A DNA stretch of 64,000 nucleotides from assembly GCA_043228905.1 (NCBI GenBank), contig JBHGNT010000001.1, forward strand, positions 37,262,001 to 37,326,000, written 5' to 3'. The translations under genes and the position numbers were made by a program. Shown here in pieces: positions 13,683 through 27,000 of this stretch. Each line of letters opens with the position of its first letter. Position 1 is the stretch's first letter. Under the pieces are notes generated by a model. It saw only the letters and a list, made by a program, of their open reading frames with translations. It had not been told where the DNA came from and did no database searches. Source of the stretch: Azolla caroliniana (Eukaryota; Plantae; Polypodiophyta).

Positions 13683-14866
13683 TGTGAAATGCACATAAGA
13701 GATCAAAACCAGCCTACTTAGCTTCTTACTTCTTGCTCAATTTATAGTTTATACAAAGGTGCCCATTTTGGTTGGCATAACTACATGCATGCTAAAAAAG
13801 GGTGTGTTAAAAGGGTGGGTTGGCTTAGGTACATGCATGCTAAAAAGGGTGTGTTAAAAGGGTGGCACAAAGGAACACATGCACACCACATTTCCCCCCT
13901 GAGAGAAACAAGAGACTCATGACCAGGAGTACGAACATGAACAGGAATAGGAACAAGAGCAGTGGTTTGTCGAAGGAGGGGGAACATCTATTGGAGATAG
14001 AGCTCCCAAGTGGCACTATCCATGTTGGCAGGTTTCGAATGGACATCAATGGACGATATTGGTGGGAGGCGACAATCACGCCCATAGAGTGCTCAAAAAG
14101 GGTAACTTGATGCATGCGACCATCTCTTGCTTGAGGGTCTTGTTGAAGCATTCGATGAGGCCATTTGTCTGAAAGATCAATCGCTCATGTGGACTTAGGG
14201 CCACCTGGACTTGGTTGAGGTGGGGACAAGAGAGTTATTGTGTAGGAGGGGGATGGGGGGAGCTCATGGGACAAGAAGTTAGTGGGCAGTGAAATCAATT
14301 ATAGTGCGATGCTTGAGAAACCAATCGTAACCTAATGTGAGGGGGAAGAGTTGGTGGGGCAAGTCATAAAATTGGTGTGAGAAAGTGAGATTGCCTAAGA
14401 TGACGGTGCAACGGGCTTGCGTGTGAATGTGGTATCAATGTTGGTGATCGCCAAACAGGCCTTAGATGGAGGGAGTGGTTGATGTCGAGAGGCCTAACTG
14501 GTGAACTGAGGCAACGCTAATGGAAGAGTTACTACTACCAGAGACTAACAAGATAGTGTGGGTCGAGTGGTTGATGGTGGCGAGTGCGATGCATACCTAC
14601 GAAGCGGAAGAGGTGGATGCTTGGACGTGGGGGATTGGTACCCCACATCTCCACCAATATGTGAAATGCACATACGAGATCAAAACCAACCTACTTAGCG
14701 TCTTACTTCTTACTCAATTTATAGTTGGTACAAAGGTACCCATTTTGGTTGGCTTAGCTACATGCGTACTAAAAAGGGTGTGCTAAAAGGGTGGGTTGGC
14801 TTAGGTACATGCATGCTAAAAAGGGTGTGCCAAAAGGGTGGCACAAAGGAACACATGCACACCACA
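13683..14866 (-). mobile_element. Small non-autonomous LTR retrotransposon (internally deleted Ty3/gypsy chromovirus-like or TRIM)
   Basis: LTRs at 13683-13890 and 14660-14866 (TG...CA, ~15 differences by eye). 4-bp TSD ATAT. Minus-strand PBS TGGTGGAGATGTGGGGTA complementary to the tRNA-Ala 3' end. PPT (AGGGGGGAAA) next to the left LTR. Decayed 'DSATWE...FP' chromodomain-like motif. Confidence 0.9.
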
Positions 14867-17115
14867 ATATGAAGATATTTTTTAGGCAACCATGTACATG
14901 TCAAAAACACAACTTGTGAAAAACATTATGGTGAATACACTCTGAAGTAACTTTAAAATAGATGCTTCTCAATGTTCACGAGTGCTTATGCTTCTTGAGA
15001 TATGATTTTTCTTAACGTGGGCTAGCATTGATAATAGGTAAGCATGCAACTTTGGGTCCCATACTAATGAACAACATTATAAAGTGTTATACCATGAAAT
15101 GAACCATTTTAAACACATGGCAATTGACATAGAGTATAAGCAAAGTAACGCTTTTCCATTGAAAAGTGTGAACTTAAAGAGAACTAGAGTTTCAAATGGT
15201 TGGGGTGCTATTTGCCATGTTGATGTGCACGAAAAACCTATAGGCAACAAAATGATAACATCAAGCAAAGATGTGTATTAGACCGAGGCCTCGACCATCC
15301 CTATATAAAGCGGTATACTTTGAATTAATAATATTAAAACGTAATAAAGAAGAGATGGTGATGTAATATTGGCCATAAATAAAACCCATTTGCATAAAAA
15401 CCACTCTCATATACATATGAAAATCAATTCAACCCACAAAAGACAAATTATGTAACCTTACTTGCGACCTCCATATAGATGTCAACATCCTACAATCCCC
15501 TTTGAGAAATGCGTATGGACAATCTCATATAACTCATTCATTAGTTATCAAGTATTTGCATGTGATGGGCCTAATATTTATGTATGTTTCCCATGAAGTC
15601 CTAGCATTTGGTAGTCATCCTTGTACCCATTACATATTAACAATAATAATTGTAATGTTAATGGGAACACCTTACCCTATGCAATATTTAAGTTCCATCT
15701 AGAGATTGCATGAACATTAGACTTGGTTAGATACCACTATTTGTTTCTTCTACTTCGTGTTAATATATTCAAACATAACCTTATTTTCTAAGGATTCTAC
15801 ACATACTAGTTTATTTTTTAAGTTGTATTTGTGGATCATGATCAAACTTATGGACAGAAGGATGTTCCAACGTTAATAGAGTTTTAAATTTTATCTTTAT
15901 CTTTATTTATAATATTGATCCAAGTCATTTAGACTCCCATTATTTGTTATCGTCAATTTTGTTATGTCATACGTATCCCCTAATGGTATGTCACAGTCTT
16001 GACATTATATGTTACTAAAAACATTATGGATAACGGTTAACAGAGGCTAAAAAACATTTATGAAGGAGAAAAATAATTTACGTTTAAATGCATCTTTTTC
16101 ATTTATGGCATTTGATATAATTTAAAAAATATTACTTAAAAAAATCGATCATGGGAAGTAAAATATTAGATTATGTGAATCAAAATATTGTGTTGTAAAA
16201 ATAAATAAAAAACAAAATATACAATAAGTAAAATTAATCCATCTATGACAAATAAATAAATAAAACCATATGATTAATAAGAAACTATGGCCACACATGC
16301 AACTAAGAAAATAGAGTCTTTTTAGATATACCATCCATGAGAATATACGTTGCATTATGTGTTAGGGACACCTCACCAAGTATGAGTTTCCATTATTACA
16401 TGAACATAGGATGCAATTTGCAATTAGTGTAAGACAATCACAATTTGTTGGAAGGCACCCAATGGGAGAAATGGAGGCAAGAACTTTATGTACACTCTAA
16501 GTCGCCCCACAGAATGTTGTGAATGATCCCGTTTATGTCAACTCAAAGTATTTGCACCAAGCACATGTCTTTGTATTGGCAAAGTTTTGCCTCCACATTG
16601 GTATCATAGGTTGAGGGGTCCAACCCGCCATATACCCTATTAAACATGAGTCAATTGAGAGTGATTGTTAAGCACTCTTGAGCTACGAACATCACTTACA
16701 CTAATCTAGTGAACCCTCACTTATCCTCACCAAAAACTCTAATTAAGAAGTAACTAATGCCTTATAAAGGCTTAAGTGTTATGTACATACACATGTAAGT
16801 AAAAGAAAGAAATAGTATGTAATAGTGTTAACCACAACTTGATTAAGTAGAGAAGCTCACATACACATACAAAAAAATGTAGGAACTCAATTTTTTGAGC
16901 CGAAATATTTATAACAATCCTTGAACAAGCCCAAACCATAAGGGTACCATTGCAATCCTTTCATCAAACACATGAATTCTAATATATTAAGGTTGGATAA
17001 AAAGTCTACTTATGGTAGATCCCAAAGAGATTGAAATCAACGTATACGCTAGAGTTTTTACAATGACTAACCCCATTATATAGTGTATGAGAGATTAAGA
17101 AAATGGATCTCTAAA

Positions 17116-18188
17116 GTAGATGTTAAATCCACATCCAACTTATATAAAAACTTTATCTAAAGTGTGGGTTTATGAGAATAAGCCCCTTGACCACCTTTTG
17201 TGGGATCCAGGTGACTAGAAATGGAAAATCATATCGGCACAGAGAATTCTAGGTAAGCAAATCCCTTTTTTCTACTACTCTGTAAAAGTGAGTAGAAAAT
17301 TAGAAAGGAGCATTTTGGCTATTGTGTTAGCAACCTATACATTTTAGAGATCTGGTAATGAACAAGATTCTTGGATGGGTGCTTATTGGAAATGACTAGG
17401 GGCCATGCAAATTCCTAGAAAAGTTGTATTGTTTAGATGGTTGTTGGTACATTATGGGATTCCTGTGAATTCATGGATGTGGGACCATGATTTGAAATGT
17501 GATAGTTGTGGATTTCATATTGAATGGGTTCAACATGTCTTATGGATATGTCCTATTGCTAGAGTAGTTTGGAAAAGAGTGTTGAGAATTTTGTATCTTG
17601 TTTATGGTAAACAGATATATATGTGGGGTTTTGTGGATGGGGAAAGCTTGCTGAAGAAATATAGAATTATGAAAAGGAGTGTGTTGATTTTCTTCTTCTC
17701 TCTTATGGAAGGCAGTTATTGGCTATCCCTTATGCTACACCAATTTGTTATTTGGTAGAGGATAAGGTTTGGTCTACAATATCTTTTTTAGTAATTTGGG
17801 TATTGTCGAAGGCAAGATGTAAATGTGTATTTCTGAAAGTCAAACAAAATGCAGTTGATTTAGACAAGGTGATATGGTCGATGCTATTGCATACTTTAAG
17901 AGGTCAATATGAGGCAATAACTGGCGAGCCTTATGTAGGGAGAGGTCTTCACCTCTTTTGGGGAGAGAATAAAGTGGAGATATGCTCCACCAAGGTGGCT
18001 CTTTCCCCCCATTATGGAAGGGGCCCGATTTTAGATGTGTAAATGCAGTTTCTAAGGTCGTTGTGTGAGGGCTTTTACTATTCGACATGTTGGTTGATGT
18101 GGGTATGGTGGTTGTGTTTTCATGTACGAGTTGTTCATATCCTTTGGACATCTTTTCACTAATACCAAGGTGAATCTTTAAAAAAAAA
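17116..18188 (+). mobile_element. 5'-truncated L1-type LINE (zf-RVT remnant) with poly(A) and TSD
   Basis: ORF 17405-17758 reads IPRKVVLFRWLLVHYGIP...CDSC...E..QHVLWICPIARVVW (zf-RVT pattern). Poly(A) at ~18180-18188. Flanking 16-bp direct repeat AAAATGGATCT(C/A)TAAA at 17100-17115 and 18185-18200. Confidence 0.85.
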
Positions 18189-21100
18189 TGGATCTATAAA
18201 ATTCTAAGAGTGTCCAAAGGAGATTCCTTGATTTTCAGCATATTGAGTCTATAGCTGACAACCATGTCACCTTTTGTCGGCACATGATTTGCTACCCCGT
18301 GCTAATCTGTATAGCAATAAAGCTTGGGCTCGAAATTCTAAAATGACCATCCTTGCCAATGAGTTCTTTTCTAAAATGTATGTTATTATTCATATTTGTT
18401 GAACTCCATTTTGATGCCTTATGCATTAAACCCCTTTCAACAATATCCAGATAATGGGATCTATAAATAGGAGTATAGTAAAAATAATGACAAAGTATTT
18501 TCACAATACACCGAAGTGGAAGGTGTCATCTATGTAATGTATGTGTTGAGAAATGACACTTGAGACCTTATGTGTAGGGTCGCGATTAAATGTTTTAATT
18601 TCTAAGGCGTCCACATGGTTAGTGAGTGTCCCACCAAACATTTCAAGAACCCAATAGATCTTTCGGCCACCTACATGGCTTGGCTCCAACACAAGGTCAC
18701 ATAACCCAGTTGTGTCTATGAGCATTTAGAACTTAATTGCCTAAAATTAAAGAAAGTGACGGAAATTTTAAACATATTGTCTCTTGTACCATCCAAAGGA
18801 GGTGTGCATGCAATCACGAGAGCCCAACACATCACTCAAAACTTAGAATGGCATGACCTGAGCACATAAAGAGTAATTACGATGAAGAGGAAACAAAACC
18901 TCACAAAAGTAAAAATCTTCTAAGCATATACATACTTGATCCCTAGGATGATGATGGTGAACTAAAGAAAGGAAAGAGGGATGCCAAACCACCCGACCAT
19001 CCCCTAGCAACAATGTGAGACAGACCTAAACCTCCTTGATGTCCCATACCATCGAGGGTTTATCCAACGGGTACCTTGGGTCCTGCGAGGATCGCATGTG
19101 CTTAGCTAACAAGAGCCATAACCACGTTGGCATAGTCTCAACATAAGTCAAGCCTCCTCGATAACGAGGTAGTTAACCTCCATGTGTAGGCAAAAGCCCT
19201 AGGCCCTAGTGTGTTCACACGTGACTGCTTTATTTGAAGTGGTCATGTGATAACACACTTAATAGTTATCCCACACCTTAGAATTGAATATTACAATTCA
19301 TATCCTCGTTTCTTTCATAATTAACCCACAAGTACTCATCATAAGTTTAAACTATGGAAAACCTATCTCATAATCAATTATGGTTATGCACATAACAATC
19401 ACCATTACAGAAGAAATCATGACCCTTGACATGGAGGTTCCACTAGTTATGATCATTGATTCCATCATGTGATCATAATCCAAGCATGGGCCCCAAAAAT
19501 ATTTCCCATCAAGCATGGGCGATGAACATACAAGGCTTTGTTTCTCCATACTCACACAAAGGATACCCAACCACATGGTGAATACATAAAAAGCTAACAA
19601 ATCCCCAAGGGTGACATAAATGTAATACAAACTTTGGCTTCCAAATCATTGGCAAACTATTTGAAGCCAAAATGTCCCAAACCTAACCATGAGAATGCCT
19701 CCACAAAGTTCCAAAACAACAAATTACATTAAGGGCTACGCATGCCTACTAGATTGCAAAAGACCATATGAGGTAAGGAAAATACCATGACACAACAATG
19801 AAATCCAAGGTTGGTTCAACATGAACACCTATGTTCTCCTTACCCCATCATTGGCGGTTACCCAAAATGGTTCCCCAACAATCATTCACTAGACTCCCAA
19901 ATCTAGGACTGTAAAACTTCATCTCAAACCATTCCACACACTACAAACCTTTAAAACACCCCTTGATATCCTCATATACAAACCAACAACAAGCATATGA
20001 AGTGGACACATTGAGTTAATGACTGGCCAAAGAGCATGGACACATGAAGCGCATCCAAATCCACTAACACTGCTTGCTTTGATAAAGGTAAGGTTAGTAT
20101 GAAAAAAAACTCTACAACTTCGATGGATCTGTTAAATATTGCTTCAATAGATCATTGAAACTCCAATATATCCAAGAAAACGAATTTCAATGTGTCTACA
20201 GTGAAGATAATGAGATTTGAGCAATTATGACACAAAACGCCTACATCTACATTTTGGTTCAAATACAATAACTACATAGCACAAGATTACACTTACATGA
20301 TGGGGGAAAGTCATAGAGCTAAAAAGCTTCGTGGAAGTAGCATACCCACAAATCAATTTTGCATTATTACTGTGTATTATTTTCTTGAAGTGACCCTTGA
20401 CTCTACTATCACTAGCTATTTGTCAAACTTTGTTCCACTGATTTCTCTTGCTCAAATCAAGTCTCCTTCATATTCCCTCATCTTTTTATTTTTTTATTTT
20501 TTTCCAAAAAAATATCCTCCATTAGTATTAAACTTAAAGTGGACAAAGGCAATATACAAAACAGTCCACTATTACAATGAATATTGCAACATATTTAACA
20601 AAAAAACTCTTGAACACTTATTTAGCTGCAGCAATCCATCCACATTTAACATCCATATCAATGGAGTCTATGCCACATATATTACTCAGCATTCCGTCTA
20701 TCATTTTGATTAGCCAACTTCTCCAAAGCACGCCTCAGCCCTGCTTGATCACCCTCTCATTATGTTCTCCCATAAGATTTCTAGCTTGTCCTCTCATGTA
20801 TGCATCCACAGATCTTCTAATCCATTTTTTTCAACATCCTTGACAATCTTTTCTTTTTATCCCGCATGGTTACATCTTATCAATAAAGAGTTTCCTCATT
20901 TCACAATTGTTTTTATATGAAGTATACTTGAAAGTCTAGATATCGGTGAGGTTCATATGGAAGGTAAAAAAGGATACCAATTGACAATCAACACCCAAGA
21001 ATAACACTAGAGATTGTGGTATGAGGTGCGACAAGACAAGATTGTGGAGGGGATGGAAAAGAAGCTCCATTGACTAGTGGCAAGGTTAATGTATGAGGAT

Positions 21101-22758
21101 GTGGATGAAACGACAAATGTGGCTTACAAGCAAGTGCATTAAGGGTGAACAAAACCAAGATGAACATGTTTTGTGGGGTTATATATAGTGATGACTAGAT
21201 TTGGTGCACATGAAGCTCTAGTGAGATATAGATAATAGAATTCTATATTAGATTCACAACATTCCTTTAAATGCGACTTGAACTCAAAAACCTGTTCATA
21301 ATATATATTAATATTTTGGTAGAAAACATTTCAAGTCAATCAGAAATTATTGTCATTATGAAGCAATAAAAGGAATATGAATTGCTATTAAAAAGGACAC
21401 ACCTTGTGACCCTTCTAACCTTTGTAAGGGAACTTAAAGACATTTCCAATAGATTATGGGATTGGCTCAATGAAAGGATGCTTTAACCTCCCAACTTTTG
21501 CAAATTTGTAGCAATTGTCATTTGGTACTCATACTTAAACTCACAAAATCAACAACACGCGATGCGCATGCTTACACTTCCTATTCAAATGACAGCGAAG
21601 CCCCTACCATTGTGATGAAAAAGGGGGAGGTTAAAGGTGTGCTTCTTAGTTTGTTACATCGAATCCTTGCATCATAATCAATATTATCATCATCATTTCT
21701 CTCCTCTCTCCCCCTCAAATATCAAACCATATCTATATATGTATAATCTTACTAAGTGTATTCCTCTCTCCCACTAAAAAATAATCTAAGGTTAGGCATA
21801 TTATCTTAATATAAGCTAGTAACTCTAGTTAATTGTTCCAATAGAGTCAGAGACAAAGTTTGGATGAGTTAAAACTCTCCATATGTTGAGGTTAACCGTT
21901 ACCCCTTTCTCTAGATCCCTTAGCTTGACAAGTTCTATGTCCTTGTGACTCCCTCCTAGCTCAAAATGAACTTCAGGTGTATCGACCACAATAGTGAACC
22001 ACAGGCAATGAGACAATACGATGGGATTGGTGTAGTCCCCTGCACTTCTCATGCACATTAACATTAACTAGCACAACTCTCGCCACGACCCATGTTCTCC
22101 CCTCAGACACATGATGATCTAGTGACTCAAAGTATGAAGTACGAATGTATGTCTATCTCTCCAACTTACTGAAATTTCAGGCAAAGACCCTATGATGCAC
22201 ATTTGCTAAGTAATGACCCCTGGTTTTGACAAAACGTGTTATAATGACAATGTACACAATTCTAGCTAGGTGCGCATTAACCATCTAAGTATAGAAATTA
22301 TCATAGAAATATGTATAGAGAATCAAGAGAGGAAAGGGGGTACTTATGTAAAATAGCTTAAAACTATACCATTATAAAAGAAGACTTAATATAGATTGGT
22401 ACATTTTGTCTCCATCAAGACATAGGATCACAATACATTAAAAGAGCACATTGGCAACATTAGATATGATTTACATATGAAGCATTACCAATGCCCCCAC
22501 TTCCTCCCAAATACATACATACACGCACTCTCTCTCCACTTAGTTTCAAAAAAGAGCCTATGATCATGCTATGGTTATTATATTAACCTAGTAGTCTATC
22601 TATTCTCTACTCCCCCTCCCCCCCTAATTTCCATATGTAGCGATACATTGAAATGAGATAAGTAGTACACTATGTATACATATATAGTGAACCCTTGGTC
22701 AGTTTTGTTAACTCAAAGGAAATGAATGCCCTTCAATCTAACTATATATTGCAGCTGC

Positions 22759-22959
22759 CTAGGCTGCAGGGGCGACGTCAGGAGAATCATCATCGTCATC
22801 TCCGTGAATGCGAGATAAGGTTGAAATAAGTTTTAAAGCATAGGTTCCTGAGATAGTAGCATTCATGGTCATGATGATGTTCAAGTTCTTCTTCTGAATC
22901 ATCCGGCCAGTGGTCATCATCCAAACATGAGCATCATGACAGTTAGGTGGTTGCTGCAT
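22759..22959 (-). CDS. IMA: IRON MAN (IMA/FEP)-type small peptide, 66 aa
   Basis: Intronless ORF MQQPPNC...LSRIHGDDDDDSPDVAPAA*. The C-terminus matches the IMA motif G-D-rich-x-D-x-APAA. A (TA)n TATA-like tract lies at ~23182-23202, upstream of the first in-frame ATG used here. The start codon is uncertain because several Met codons are available. Confidence 0.85.
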   Translation of the reverse strand: MQQPPNCHDAHVWMMTTGRMIQKKNLNIIMTMNATISGTYALKLISTLSRIHGDDDDDSPDVAPAA

Positions 22960-23181
22960 GATGTTGGCGTGACAGTAAGTAGACTTGTGGAAGTGGAAGT
23001 GGAAGTGGAAGAAGAAGGTGGAGTGGAGTGGAGTGGAGTGGAGTGGAGTAGTTACAGTGAGAGGGAGTAGTGGCTGGTGTAGGAAGGGAGGGAGGGAGGG
23101 AGAGATGGATGGATTGATTGATGAACTGAAATGAGTGAGTATGTAGGTGTAGGTGTTGGGGTTAATGTATTGTGGGTGGGT

Positions 23182-23323
23182 TATATATATATATATATAT
23201 ATGTAATGTATGTACATATGTGAGAGAGAGAAAGAGAATTAAGGGCGATTGAGGGAACAAAAAGGGAAGAGAAGGGGGGGGGGGGGAGGGTGGCAGCGAG
23301 TGGTGGTAGGGAGGCAGCACGTG
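23182..23323 (-). promoter_or_regulatory. IMA promoter: TATA-like tract and G-box
   Basis: (TA)n at 23182-23202. CACGTG at 23318-23323, ~120 bp upstream of the TATA tract. Confidence 0.55.
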
Positions 23324-23551
23324 GACGACGTCCGCCTGCCTTCTCCCCCTCCCACGCCCTTCCCTTCCCTTCCCTTCCCTTATGTATGTATTTCTTCTTT
23401 TTGGCTCCCCCTCCCCTCCATTCCATCCCCATTTCACTTTCCTTTCCATCTATCTACCTTATCTCCCCCTTTTGCACTTGACATCCAAAACACACACTCT
23501 CTCTCTCTCCTCTTCTTTCCATTAACACTTGCCTTCCATGCCCGTGTGTCC

Positions 23552-23763
23552 GTGTTCACGTATGTCCCCATGTCCAATGACTCATCTAACAAATCTTACA
23601 AGTTGAGCATGCACCCTACCCCTATTCGTAAGTTGTTACACTACAAACCATGTCTGTGTGTTTGTGTTCACGTATGTCCCCATGTACAATGACTCATCTA
23701 ACAAATCTTACAAGTCGAGCATGCACCCTACCCCTATTGGTAAGTTGTTACACTACAAACCAT
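23552..23763. repeat. 112-bp tandem duplication upstream of IMA
   Basis: gtgttcacgtatgtccccatgt.caatgactcatctaacaaatcttacaagt.gagcatgcaccctacccctatt.gtaagttgttacactacaaaccat occurs at 23552 and at 23664. Confidence 0.9.
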
Positions 23764-23809
23764 TATGTCTTTTTGGGTTCACAACCCCGTTTTACTCACA
23801 TCACTATAA

Positions 23810-23921
23810 TTATATACTTCATATATATTTGTTAATTCACTAGATGCCACTTTGGAATGTAGGGGTTGAACCCATGACCTCATGGGTCTCCATTAGGCAA
23901 CCTTACCAACGGAGCTACATC

Positions 23922-23922
<1 letters not shown>
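23810..23922 (-). mobile_element. tRNA-derived SINE-like element (or tRNA pseudogene)
   Basis: The minus strand reads GGATGTAGCTCCGTTGGTAAGG...GAGGTCATGGGTTCAACCCC (Pol III box A and box B), then an unrelated body and an AT-rich tail. Its head is partially duplicated at 23958-23980 between (CT)n tracts. Confidence 0.65.
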
Positions 23923-23959
<37 letters not shown>

Positions 23960-23995
23960 TACCAACGGAGCTACATCCATCTCGTCAATTTATCC

Positions 23996-24040
<45 letters not shown>

Positions 24041-27000
24041 ACTACAAAACCATATTCTCCGTCGACCACAAAAACCTCATGCATCCCTACACATTAGAGC
24101 ACATTGTCATATTCAATTATAATGCTTTCCACATATCTTTGACGCAACCTAATCCTTGCATGAATTTCTCTCATAATCACAATGTGCAATCCGAGTTGCA
24201 TTAAATCTATATTCTATCTCTATTTGGAATGGCCACACAACCTTCCTACCATGTCCTCTTAGACAACCTAATCACAATTTGAGTTCTCTCTGTTTATCAT
24301 ATATACATGTTAGAGCCTTTGCCCACTTGTGTGATTTGCACCATTGCTATCCTTACAATTGAACCCATTATATTCTCTTTGATGTTAGATAGGATGGTAG
24401 GGCGCAAGAAAGGGCTCAAAACAACTTCACAAGGTTATGCATGATTTGCCTTGAACAAGTTCGTGCACATGCGTATCACACTTTCACCCACTTCCAATTT
24501 TGCAAGATTCCCCAAATTCATAATCAATATTCCTATCCTTACACATGATCGTTCTCTCACAATCACAACATTGTGTACTTGCAATTGAAATGTTCATTAT
24601 TGAAAGAGGATCACTACTTAATTCAATGCACGCTATGCACTAAGTTTTTACTTTAAATTTGGTCGTATAGGTCATGTTTGACCTCCTTTTAAACCAATCT
24701 ATCAATATCTCATATTGTTTTTTGCCCCTCATAGATGTGTTGCTAGTTTGTAATGGGCTTGCCTTTATAGTGAGTTATAAGTTAATATCCCTACCTTCAT
24801 ACGTCTTTGTTACAATGTATGTCACTTCTCCCAACCTACATCATGCCATAACGATGTATCGAACTAAGAAACTTATGATCTCCAAACATCTCTACAAATT
24901 GGTGGGCGACATACCCAAAGAGTCACAAGTAACTTCATAGGTGGGGAAGGATGAGTGTTTGTTTGGGGGCAATCAAAATCATTTCTATGGTTCATTTTCT
25001 AAATAAATACACAAGAATTGCTTCTTTAATAATGTGGTTTGCTTTTGACGTGATTTAACAACATGTGTTTCATTCTTATTGTAGCATTTTTTGTAATCTC
25101 CAATGTGACAATTAATTGTTACAACTAGATGATTAAGGTGCAAAATTGCTTAAGAATCAGTTAAGCACTTGCGTTTTGGAGTGCCACAACATGAAGTACA
25201 TCTACTTTTTCAATCAAATAAGATTTTGGGGATTATGGGCTTATATAAATTACCATGTTGTCTTCAATGAGACATCATTGCTCTAGAATTCTCTGATATA
25301 GTCATTTTATGATTGTCTCTTGCTCCATGAATATATTTCCCTTAGCAATTTCAAAGCCTTCTTGCAATGCTTTTGATCACAAGTTTGTAACTTCGTATTT
25401 GTGGTGAGTTTTAAAACCTCATCTTGAGGTTTCTCACAAGTAATATAAAGTGTAACTAAAAGTGTGCTTAGTTTTATTTTTATTTATTTATTTTTTCTAC
25501 AGGTTGTCTTTTGAGACATCAATGGTTTCAATACTACAAATTTGGCTCCCATCTCTCTATCTAACAAGGGGAGGTACACCATAGTTTTTGGCCATGTTTC
25601 GTATAAATCAATAATATTGAAGGTCTAACTACCGAAACTAACCAACGTTACCATTGCATTGCATGCCTTTTAGCAATGTCCAAACCATGAAAGCGCACTC
25701 CAAATGATATGAAAAACAACATGATTTATCTTCTTAGTTTAGATCGTGGTTTAGAGTAGAGTCACGCATGATTGCCAATTCAAAAGTTGGGCAAAAGTTA
25801 CGACATCCATGGGTCTCTTGCGTAGCAAGTGGTTGATATGAATAAAAAAGATGGGTGGGTCGGGGGTGGAACTGGAACTGGATGGTTGATATGAATAAAA
25901 AGATGGATGTATGACGCCTCTATGGTGGGGCCTCCCACACTCACCATATTCACATATTCTTCTTCTCGTTGGCCCTTCTTCCATCCAATGAAGGTTATGC
26001 ATTTCCCACCTAGGTCCTTCAAGGAAGGCCAGTCTAGCATGAGAGAGAAATTAGAGAGAGGCGCTTGATGACCTTCCCCACCATTGGACGTTTGTAAAGA
26101 AAGCGACACACTATATTACTTATGGTGCTGCCCATCCATCTAAGATGATTTCAGATGGACCAGCTTGCAGCTTCCATAATTTGCACATTAGTACCCAATC
26201 TAAAATATATGATGGTGGCCAATGCCAAGTGTGTTACATGTGGGATGGCAATCTCACCTTCCATTTTGTGGGGAATATTTATTCCTTGCTCCCTAAGCAT
26301 GTACTTACTTGGGCAGGTAATTGCCTGTGACAATGGCATTGAGAATGAATGTCGCCCATCACACACATTTCAAATGGCCAGGCATGCCTTTTTCGTACAA
26401 TGTACATTGACGAGGATATCGAGCATATATTCGTTTAATATGCCCAAATGCTAAATAATTCATTTGGAGTGCTATAATATGTCACAATTCATATGGGCAT
26501 CGTTAACTCGGATTATTTTGTCAGCCTTTCGACGAGTTCTAACTTTGTGGGACTATGGCATTACCACCCCCACTAATTGTACTAGGCAATGTTTGACTAG
26601 GCTATCTTGGGTATTGCAGGGATCTATGGTACAAGTGGAGTATGAGAAATGGGTTCTTGTTTGCCTTGTCACCACAAGTACATATACGTAGGCTGTTTGA
26701 CTTGGCTTTGTGAGCTCATGGTCCTGGAAGGAGTTGCCTTTATGCAAGTAGCTAATCTTATAGCGCCTAATTAACTATAAAATTCTCACTATTGTTTGGA
26801 GAACAAGGGGTTTTTTCGTATATTTGTGGTGTTGCTCCAAATTATATATTCACTAGTTTTTTAGCTGGAACATAAATTAAGAAGACAAGGGTTTACTGCC
26901 CAGCCGTAATACCAAAAGAATGTACATGGGATAGGTAGCTTGATCTTGTTCAAGGGATATTGAGATAAAATTCTTGCTTCCCAATGAGATTGGTCTTCAT

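Noticed and set aside
22960-23217. N-terminal extension of the 152-aa ORF (YIYIY, PLHST, FHFHF)
   Set aside because: This is translation through the TATA tract and 5'UTR microsatellites. The real start is more likely at or after 22959.
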